Under the pieces are notes generated by a model, which saw only the letters and a program-made list of their open reading frames with translations, was not told the DNA's origin and searched no databases. Made by a program: the position numbers and the translations under genes. DNA of 21,306 nucleotides. It comes from a virus. The DNA is taken from positions 1 through 21,306 of IMG/VR virus record IMGVR_UViG_3300045988_052980. One strand, given 5' to 3'. Shown here piece by piece: positions 7,780-14,021 of the stretch. The first letter of the stretch is position 1. Each line of letters opens with the position of its first letter.

Positions 7780-7981
7780 ATTTTGTCCTGATTTAACTTC
7801 AAAAGAAGAAGTTGTACCAATTACGATTGGCACAGGAACATTTACAAGACCAGTACTACATAAATGCTTACAAAATAAATGTGTAGCGTATAAGTTTGGC
7901 AAATGTTTAAAATACGATAATTGTACGGAATATTGCTTAGAAAAAGTTGATGAAAGGATAAAGAATAAAAATGACAGATAA
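7772..7981 (+). CDS. Hypothetical Cys-rich protein
   Basis: Seven Cys in 69 aa (CPD...HKCLQNKCVAYKFGKCLKYDNCTEYC). Overlapping start. Confidence 0.5.
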   Translation: MIKFCPDLTSKEEVVPITIGTGTFTRPVLHKCLQNKCVAYKFGKCLKYDNCTEYCLEKVDERIKNKNDR

Positions 7982-8270
7982 AGAATTGAAAAAAAGCTTA
8001 GAAAAGGAAAGAAAAAAGCAAAGAGAAGAGGCTATAAAAATAAATACTTTTATCAGATTAGATAAAAGCAATGCTTCTGAAATCGATAAACAAATTGAGC
8101 AAACTTATTTATCTTTGCAAAAGAATATTAAATTTGTCTGTACCAACAAAGACTTGATGAACAGTATGCTAGATGAATTAGACTACATTGTTTACGCATC
8201 AAAGCTATATGGTGGAAAGCATGTTATGGAAGAATTGGATAATCGTTACAAAAATAAATTAATGAGTTAA
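7971..8270 (+). CDS. Hypothetical protein
   Basis: Track ORF with an overlapping start. Confidence 0.5.
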   Translation: MTDKELKKSLEKERKKQREEAIKINTFIRLDKSNASEIDKQIEQTYLSLQKNIKFVCTNKDLMNSMLDELDYIVYASKLYGGKHVMEELDNRYKNKLMS

Positions 8271-8283
8271 AAGGAGAATGAAA

Positions 8284-8547
8284 ATGATTAGATTACAAAA
8301 TAATTATGCAATCACTTCTAACGGTGGTTCATTCGCCCTTGTAACGTTCGTAAAGGGTAAGGATAAAGAAGGGAATGAGATAGACGTACAAAAGCCTATC
8401 TCATACCATACAACGCTAGAATCGGCTTTACAGAGTTATTCTAACAATCGTATGGCAGATTTAGTTAGTAACTTTGATATGGATTTAAAGAATGTTAAGA
8501 AAGCTATAAATGAGCTTAAAGAGGAGTTAAAAGCGTATGACTGCTAG
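8284..8547 (+). CDS. Hypothetical protein
   Basis: AAGGAG at 8271-8276. ATG 8284 has a 7-nt spacer, while the track ATG 8278 has only 1 nt. Confidence 0.55.
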   Translation: MIRLQNNYAITSNGGSFALVTFVKGKDKEGNEIDVQKPISYHTTLESALQSYSNNRMADLVSNFDMDLKNVKKAINELKEELKAYDC

Positions 8548-8941
8548 AGAAATGTTTGAAAAGCTAGGATATACAAGAAATTTAGATTCAAAAAAATTAA
8601 TATATGCAAAAGAACTAAAAGGAATGTTTCGTTACCTTGAAATCACGTTTGATTTAACAGAAAAAGAAGTTGAATTGTATGATGACCATGAAGCCTATAC
8701 GATAAATAACGCTTTATTAAAAGCAATTCAACAACAATTAAAGGAACTTGGATGGCTAGAAGAAGAAACTTGTACAAATTTATCAGATTATAATTCAACG
8801 GATTTATTTAAATGTTCTAATTGTGGGATTGAATTAGGTGAGTATCGACAATTTGAAATTGATGAAGATTATGGAGATAGATATGGTCATCAATACAAAC
8901 CAAAGTATTGTCCAAATTGTGGAAGCAAGATTGTAGATTGA
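8537..8941 (+). CDS. Hypothetical protein with C-terminal zinc ribbon
   Basis: CSNCG...29 aa...CPNCG at the C-terminus. Confidence 0.55.
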   Translation: MTAREMFEKLGYTRNLDSKKLIYAKELKGMFRYLEITFDLTEKEVELYDDHEAYTINNALLKAIQQQLKELGWLEEETCTNLSDYNSTDLFKCSNCGIELGEYRQFEIDEDYGDRYGHQYKPKYCPNCGSKIVD

Positions 8942-8951
8942 GGTGGATTTA

Positions 8952-9476
8952 ATGACAACAAAACAAGAATATATAGATGCTTTAAACCGTATGGTAGAAG
9001 TATACGACAATCTTGATGGATGTATGAGTGCAATTAACATTTTTAATGAAGGCGTACATTTACTTGAGGGATTAGTAAATGAACATTTTGAAGAAAAAAC
9101 AGAAACTAATTACGAACATTACAAAGACGAAATTATAGAAGGATGGATGTTAGATTTAGCGTTAGTAGATGGAAAACTTAAACGATGCAGTCGTGTTGAC
9201 TGTGACGAGTGTGAATTTAATCCAGGCGCGAATAAAGAATGCAAACAAAGACTTATTGAATGGGTTAAAAAGCCATATGAAAAGCCAAAATATAAGCTAA
9301 CGCAATTTGAATATGATTTATTACAAAGCTATTCAGATATATACAGTTTTAATGCATTTAATTCTTTAAGCGGGATGAAGGAAAAAGGATATTTTAAAGG
9401 CATTGGTACAAGTATTCCAATTCGTGAAATCTTAGACAATTGCGAGGTAATTAGAAAAGAGGTAGAAAATGATTAA
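8952..9476 (+). CDS. Hypothetical protein
   Basis: ATG 8952 lies 5 nt after GAGGTGG (8940-8946). The track GTG 8943 lies inside that SD. Confidence 0.55.
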   Translation: MTTKQEYIDALNRMVEVYDNLDGCMSAINIFNEGVHLLEGLVNEHFEEKTETNYEHYKDEIIEGWMLDLALVDGKLKRCSRVDCDECEFNPGANKECKQRLIEWVKKPYEKPKYKLTQFEYDLLQSYSDIYSFNAFNSLSGMKEKGYFKGIGTSIPIREILDNCEVIRKEVEND

Positions 9477-9948
9477 TGTAGCAGTAATAGCAGGACATCT
9501 AACTAAAGATGTTGAATTATCAAAAACACAGAACGGAAATATCGTAGCAAAATTCACGGTAGCAGTAAATGGATACAATGATACTACAGATTTTATTAAT
9601 TGTGTAGCATGGAATAAATTAGCAGATATTGTGAATATGTATTGCAAGAAAGGCGATTTAGTTACGGTTGAAGGAAGAATCAGTGTTAGAAATTATGAGA
9701 ATCAACAAGGACAAAGAATTTATATCACTGAAGTGGTGGCTAGTAACGTGCAATTACCGCATAAAAACGTTTCTAATGGGCAAAATTTCAGTTCTAATGT
9801 AAATGCATATCAATATCCAAACCAAGCAAATAACAACGCTTACGGCGTTCAAAACACATATACACAACCTAGCTTAACACAACAAATCGCACAACAAGAA
9901 TATACTGAAAGCGGATTAAATATTGCTTCAGATGATTTACCGTTCTAG
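9469..9948 (+). CDS. ssb: Single-stranded DNA-binding protein
   Basis: OB-fold N-terminus (MINVAVIAGHLTKDVEL...FINCVAWNKLADIV...GDLVTVEGRI), an Asn/Gln-rich linker and the canonical acidic tail DDLPF. Confidence 0.9.
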   Translation: MINVAVIAGHLTKDVELSKTQNGNIVAKFTVAVNGYNDTTDFINCVAWNKLADIVNMYCKKGDLVTVEGRISVRNYENQQGQRIYITEVVASNVQLPHKNVSNGQNFSSNVNAYQYPNQANNNAYGVQNTYTQPSLTQQIAQQEYTESGLNIASDDLPF

Positions 9949-9967
9949 AGGGGGAATATTAATAGAA

Positions 9968-10156
9968 ATGAATTATGAAGAAAGGATTAAAGAGTTAATT
10001 TCTAAAAACAACAGATTAGGAAGGACGAATATTCAGTTAATTCAAAAGATTAAAGAAAAAGATGAAACAATACACAATCAAACTTTAGAATTGAGGCAAT
10101 TAAGAAATAAAGTTGGTGAATTAGAAGATAGATTGATGAGGATGTATGTATCATGA
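9968..10156 (+). CDS. Hypothetical coiled-coil protein
   Basis: ATG 9968 is 13 nt from GAGGGGG (9948-9954). An in-frame ATA at 9962 has the ideal 7-nt spacing. The track start at 9923 lies inside ssb. Confidence 0.5.
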   Translation: MNYEERIKELISKNNRLGRTNIQLIQKIKEKDETIHNQTLELRQLRNKVGELEDRLMRMYVS

Positions 10157-10479
10157 GCACATATGAAGATGTTAAAAGACACTTCTTGTGTGAATGTAAA
10201 AGCTACACTTATTATGAGCAGAGAATAGCAGAGCTACAAAGGGATGAAGCTATTTATCCTTTAAAAGCCGAGCTATTCTTAGCTCATGCAGATTACGCAA
10301 GAAGAATGAACTACGTAAAAGACAAATTAAGCCAACTTGATGATACAACTCGTACCATGATTGAGTATAGATATATAAAGGGATTCAGTGCAGAAAAAAC
10401 ATCTAATATTGTAGGTTATGCACGAGAAGAAATTCCACGAAAAATAAACAAGAATTTGAAGAAAGTGCTCACAATGTGA
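10153..10479 (+). CDS. Sigma-70 region-4-like / ArpU-type late transcription regulator candidate
   Basis: C-terminal TRTMIEYRYIKGFSAEKTSNIVGYAREEIPRKINKNLKK looks like a sigma r4 HTH. It is the last gene before the terminator and the packaging/structural genes. Confidence 0.55.
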   Translation: MSTYEDVKRHFLCECKSYTYYEQRIAELQRDEAIYPLKAELFLAHADYARRMNYVKDKLSQLDDTTRTMIEYRYIKGFSAEKTSNIVGYAREEIPRKINKNLKKVLTM

Positions 10480-10488
10480 GCATTTTTT
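10466..10488 (+). terminator. Rho-independent terminator ending the early/middle operon
   Basis: Stem TGCTCAC (10466-10472) / GTGAGCA (10476-10482), loop AAT, then TTTTTT (10483-10488). It overlaps the regulator's stop codon. Confidence 0.6.
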
Positions 10489-10505
10489 CATGTAATAATT
10501 ATTTT

Positions 10506-10581
10506 AGCAGGATAGAGCAGTAGTAGCTCACTAGTCTTATTAGCTAGAGGTCGAACGGTGCAAATCCTTCTCCTGCAACCA
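10506..10581 (+). tRNA. Atypical tRNA with anticodon UAU and an initiator-like acceptor and D arm, CCA encoded
   Basis: Hand fold: AGCAGGA-TA-GAGC-AGTAGTA-GCTC-A-CTAGT-CTTATTA-GCTAG-AGGTC-GAA(C)GG-TGCAAAT-CCTTC-TCCTGCA-A-CCA. Initiator-like: A1xA72 mismatch, G2:C71, C3:G70, A11:U24, A73. Deviations: U37, no GG in the D loop, G55 and a bulged C in the T stem. Confidence 0.6.
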
Positions 10582-10793
10582 TGTTTACAAAGTCTATTGG
10601 TTAGCATTATCTTTCTATTCATTTAAATTGGCGTATGTAATCCAATCCTTAAGATTTTCTTTAATAAATTCGTTTAAATATCCTTTTTCAATAGGAGGGT
10701 GATTGAGAAATGACTTGCTAGTGTTCCAAAAAAAGCAAATCGGATATTTAAATACCAACAGTTAACAGGCATGCCATTAGGCTTTTGTATATT

Positions 10794-10818
10794 ACCGAGC
10801 GTTTGTCTCGGTTCTTTT
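10794..10818 (+). terminator. Terminator-like hairpin in the leader of the late region
   Basis: ACCGAG (10794-10799) / CTCGGT (10807-10812), 7-nt loop, then TCTTTT. It lies 19 nt upstream of ATG 10837. Confidence 0.3.
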
Positions 10819-10836
10819 AATAATAAGGAGGAGAAT

Positions 10837-11088
10837 ATGGATTCAAGAAAATTTCATGATTTAGCAATCAATGCAGTATTGCAAGTAAACCAAAATATTG
10901 ATGTAAGTGAAATGTTCGTTGTATGGATGTGTAAGACGCTACAGAACAATAAAGCATTAATTGGTGTACATCATTCACCCAATTATTATGAGGTAACGTA
11001 TAACGGTGATAAAAAGGAATTATACGTGGATGAATACATCAAGAATACAAATACTTGTCTAAATGTAAATAACGCTCTATTAGCTTAA
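10837..11088 (+). CDS. Hypothetical conserved phage protein
   Basis: ATG 10837 follows AAGGAGGAG. The track start at 10771 has no SD. The YYEVTYNGDKKELYVDEY block recurs in Firmicute phages, from memory. Confidence 0.6.
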   Translation: MDSRKFHDLAINAVLQVNQNIDVSEMFVVWMCKTLQNNKALIGVHHSPNYYEVTYNGDKKELYVDEYIKNTNTCLNVNNALLA

Positions 11089-11102
11089 AAAAGGTGAATA
11101 AA

Positions 11103-11574
11103 ATGGAAATTATTAGATTGAAAATCAATAACATTACACCTTACGAAAAGAATGCAAAGATTCATACTGAAGCACAAATTGAACAAATTAAGAAATCTAT
11201 TCAAGAATTTGGTATGAATGACCCAATCGCAGTATTGGGGGGGGAACAATACCATAGTTGAAGGTCATGGTCGTTTAGAAGCCTTAAAGCAATTAGGCTA
11301 TACAGAAGTTGACTGTATCAGACTAGACCACCTAACAGATGAAGAAAGAAAAGCTTATACACTTGCTCACAACAAAATCAATATGAATACAGGATTCGAC
11401 TATATGTTATTAGATGAAGAATTAGACAGTATCGAAGATATTAATATGGGAGATTTTGGATTTGAAAGTATTGATGAAATTAATATGGATGAATATTTTG
11501 AAGATACCGAGCCAACAAAAAAAGAACCTAAAAAAATTCAGTGTCCACATTGTGGTGAATGGTTTGAACAATGA
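11103..11574 (+). CDS. ParB-like nuclease-domain protein (DpdB-like position), split by a +1 frame change in a G8 tract
   Basis: Frame A (ATG 11103) reads MEIIRLKINNITPYEKNAKIHTEAQIEQIKKSIQEFGMNDPIAVLGG and stops at 11259-11261. Frame B (track ORF 11218..11574) continues NNTIVEGHGRLEALKQLGYTEVDCIRLDHLTDEERKAYTLAHN. Together they form a complete ParB N-domain (DPI.V....IV.GHgRl.A). The junction is GGGGGGGG at 11237-11244. The stop overlaps the dpdA start (ATGA). Confidence 0.7.
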
Positions 11575-12329
11575 GAATGTTTCTAGCAGGAAGTATGGGG
11601 GGATTAACAAAATCGAAGTATAGTCAAGAAGAATTGTTTAAAGGTGCTTATATCTTACAATCGTTCTACTATGTGGACAAGTACGTTGAAAATGTAATAA
11701 TGCCAAACTGTAAAGATTTTATTTTAGATAGTGGGGCATTTACATTTATGCAAAATTCAAAAAAATCTGTAAATTGGGATGAATATGTTGAGAAATACGC
11801 AGAATTTGTAAAGAAACACAAAGTTAAGAAATACTTTGAATTAGATATTGATTCAATAGTTGGGTTAAAAGAAGTAGAACGATTAAGAGCAAAATTGGAA
11901 GCGTTGGTGGGGTGGCAATGTATTCCTGTATGGCACTTATGGAGAGGAATGGACTATTGGCATAAGATGTGCAAAGAATATTCATATGTAGCTATAGGTG
12001 GATTAGCAGATACAGATAAACATTCAAAGAGGATTAAAAAATTACATAATTGTTTCCCTATGTTAATTAATATAGCTCATAAAAATGGAGCAAAAGTTCA
12101 TGGGTTAGGTTACACATCATTAAAAGGAATAAAAAAATATCATTTTGATTCTGTTGATAGCACATCATGGTTAAGTGGAAATAGATTTGGAGCAGTTTAC
12201 AAATTTAATGGTGAAACGATAGTTAAGATAGATAAGCCAAAAAATAAAAGAGTAAAGACAAATATAGCAATGGAAAACAATTTTATGGAATGGAAAAAGT
12301 TCTCTCAATATGTAGAAAGGATGTATTAA
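11571..12329 (+). CDS. dpdA: DpdA-family 7-deazaguanine DNA transglycosylase (TGT-like)
   Basis: ILDSGAFTF corresponds to the TGT DSGGFQ block, and HGLG....HFDSVDSTSW to the second catalytic Asp block. Size (252 aa) and the adjacent queC fit phage DpdA. Confidence 0.8.
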   Translation: MRMFLAGSMGGLTKSKYSQEELFKGAYILQSFYYVDKYVENVIMPNCKDFILDSGAFTFMQNSKKSVNWDEYVEKYAEFVKKHKVKKYFELDIDSIVGLKEVERLRAKLEALVGWQCIPVWHLWRGMDYWHKMCKEYSYVAIGGLADTDKHSKRIKKLHNCFPMLINIAHKNGAKVHGLGYTSLKGIKKYHFDSVDSTSWLSGNRFGAVYKFNGETIVKIDKPKNKRVKTNIAMENNFMEWKKFSQYVERMY

Positions 12330-13162
12330 TGAATAAGGTAGTAAAATTAATATCCGGCGGTATTGATTCAACTATTATGGCTAATATGTACGAAGGATTA
12401 AATGTATATGTAGACTTTGGGCAAAATTATGTAAAAGAAGAATTGCAAGCTTTAAAAGAGTTAGGAATTAAATATGATTTAGTAAAGGTAAATAGCGTAT
12501 TTAAAGAAGATGATATATACATTAATGATAGAAACCTAGTATTAGCAAGTTTAGTTGCAATGATATATAATCCGGACATCATTATGATGGCAGGTACAAA
12601 GGATGACAATTGTGTAGATAAGACTAAAGAAGCATTTGAAAACATTAGCGATACTATTAGTCGATATTCAAATAAGGAAATAAAAGTTATATCACCTTTT
12701 TGGGATAAGACTAAAAGTGAAATTGTTGAACAATATGCAGATAAGGAAGAATTAAAAAAGACATTTTCATGCTATAACCCAATTAATGGGAAACCATGTA
12801 TGGATTGCCCTGCGTGTTTAAGAAAAACTATTGCACTAGTAACAAATGGAGTAGAAGTAAAAGAAAAGCTATCAAAAAGCATTTTAAAAAAATATCTTAA
12901 AAAGATACATACATATGATAAAGACAGAATTAGTAGATTCTTTTTCTACCTACAACAATATGAACAAATTAATGCAATTGATATTGACGGAGTATTATGT
13001 ATCTCAGAAGGACACGATTTTGAGAATAGTATTCCAATTTACGAGAATATAGAAAAAGTAAATAAATACGATGGAATTAATGTACTCTATACGTCAAGGT
13101 TAGAATCGGATAGAGAAGTGACTGAAAAATGGTTACAAAAGCACAACGTCAAATATGCTTAA
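12329..13162 (+). CDS. queC: QueC-like 7-cyano-7-deazaguanine (preQ0) synthase fused to a C-terminal HAD-phosphatase-like domain (HAD tail frame-disrupted)
   Basis: PP-loop SGGIDST, DFGQNY, NDRNLVLA, SPFWDKTKSEIV and Zn cluster SCYNPINGKPCMDCPACLRK are QueC-like. From about 12970: AIDIDGVL (HAD motif I) and NVLYTSR (motif II). Motifs III/IV (NKLPYTSLVDDRA) are encoded in the -1 frame at 13159-13221. The ATG at 12329 overlaps the dpdA stop. Confidence 0.75.
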   Translation: MNKVVKLISGGIDSTIMANMYEGLNVYVDFGQNYVKEELQALKELGIKYDLVKVNSVFKEDDIYINDRNLVLASLVAMIYNPDIIMMAGTKDDNCVDKTKEAFENISDTISRYSNKEIKVISPFWDKTKSEIVEQYADKEELKKTFSCYNPINGKPCMDCPACLRKTIALVTNGVEVKEKLSKSILKKYLKKIHTYDKDRISRFFFYLQQYEQINAIDIDGVLCISEGHDFENSIPIYENIEKVNKYDGINVLYTSRLESDREVTEKWLQKHNVKYA

Positions 13163-13231
13163 TAACAAATAAATTACCATATACAAGTTTAGTTGATGAC
13201 AGAGCAAAATTAACATTATAAAGGAGTAAAT

Positions 13232-13534
13232 ATGATTGAAAACAAAGAAAAAGTAAAATATATCGAAATGTATCCAAAGGCAAGATGTTTCTGCCCTATT
13301 GGTAAAGCATGGTACACCAATAAATTTAGAGTATCAGTATTTCCTAGAGATTGTTATTTCGACTATCTAGATGTAGAGAAATTTATTAAAGAAGAAATTG
13401 AAGGAAAAAGCTTAACAATTGAAGGAGCTTGCAAGAAACTATATAACTATTTGAAAAAAGATGTTGAAGATATTCAAGTAGAATCACACGTAAATGACGC
13501 AACGCATTTTCCTGTAAAGGTATTAATTGATTAA
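13232..13534 (+). CDS. Short QueF-like T-fold protein (nitrile reductase or QueF-L-type amidinotransferase)
   Basis: ARCFCPIGKAWYTNKFRVSVFPRDCYFDYLDVEKFI...TIEGACKKLYNYL aligns by eye with B. subtilis QueF [34 protein letters not shown]...FHEDCMNIIMNDL, with the Cys-Pro conserved. It is only 100 aa and lacks the N-terminal extension. Confidence 0.45.
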   Translation: MIENKEKVKYIEMYPKARCFCPIGKAWYTNKFRVSVFPRDCYFDYLDVEKFIKEEIEGKSLTIEGACKKLYNYLKKDVEDIQVESHVNDATHFPVKVLID

Positions 13535-13547
13535 GGAGGAAGTACTA

Positions 13548-14006
13548 ATAAAAAATCAAACAATTAAGACAATTTCAATGAATGCAATCGTATGTGCAAT
13601 GTATGTTGCATTATGTGTAGCATTAAATCCAATTAGCTTTGGAGCATTACAATTTAGAGTAGCAACTCTATTGTTACCGTTAGGGTTTCAAGATAAGAGA
13701 TTTGCAAATGGACTTATTTTAGGAGTAATCTTAGCAAACCTAACAAGTTCACTAGGATTAATTGATGTATTAGTTGGATTTACAATTCAATTTACAATGT
13801 ATTATTTATTCCCATATTATATTAAGAATAAATGGATTCATGGAATTGCTTATGCAGTATTAAGTGGAACATTAGTAGCATTAGAATTATTATCAGTATT
13901 ACACATTCCATTCTTATATTCATTTGTAACGGTTGGATTAAGCGGATTGATTTTATACGAAGTAGGAAATGTATTGTGTACAAGATTATTGAAATACATT
14001 GATTAA
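13548..14006 (+). CDS. queT: QueT-family membrane transporter (queuosine-precursor salvage), apparent ATA start
   Basis: NAIVCAMYVALCVALNPISFGALQFRVATLLLPL and ILANLTSSLGLIDVLVG match the QueT pattern, with about 5 TM segments. AAGGAGG (13533-13539) is followed after 8 nt by in-frame ATA 13548. The track TTG 13527 lies upstream of that SD. Confidence 0.7.
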   Translation: MKNQTIKTISMNAIVCAMYVALCVALNPISFGALQFRVATLLLPLGFQDKRFANGLILGVILANLTSSLGLIDVLVGFTIQFTMYYLFPYYIKNKWIHGIAYAVLSGTLVALELLSVLHIPFLYSFVTVGLSGLILYEVGNVLCTRLLKYID

Positions 14007-14021
14007 AGGAGTGATAGACAC

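Noticed and set aside
10506-10581. The tRNA-like sequence as a phage attachment site or a captured host tRNA fragment.
   Set aside because: It is a complete cloverleaf with CCA. It lies in the middle of the phage map, between the early operon terminator and the late genes, far from the lysogeny end, with no integrase nearby in the window.
10615-10758. Minus-strand 47-codon frame (TTG start) reading ..WNTSKSFLNHPPIEKGYLNEFIKENLKDWITYANLNE.
   Set aside because: It looks protein-like but has only a TTG start with no SD, is short, and opposes the direction of all neighbouring transcription. It may be a gene remnant. It is not reported as a feature.
10762-10793. TTAACA ... TGTATATT as a late promoter.
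   Set aside because: The -35 to -10 spacing would be about 20 nt. A late promoter recognised by a phage regulator need not look like sigma-A anyway. The sequence alone does not support a call.
551-12328. N-terminal extensions given by the ORF track: 551..640, 1088..1111, 1254..1280, 8278..8283, 8943..8951, 9923..9967, 10771..10836, 12290..12328.
   Set aside because: In each case an internal ATG or GTG has a proper SD at 5-9 nt (13 nt for ATG 9968), while the extension has none and overlaps the previous gene or an intergenic promoter region.
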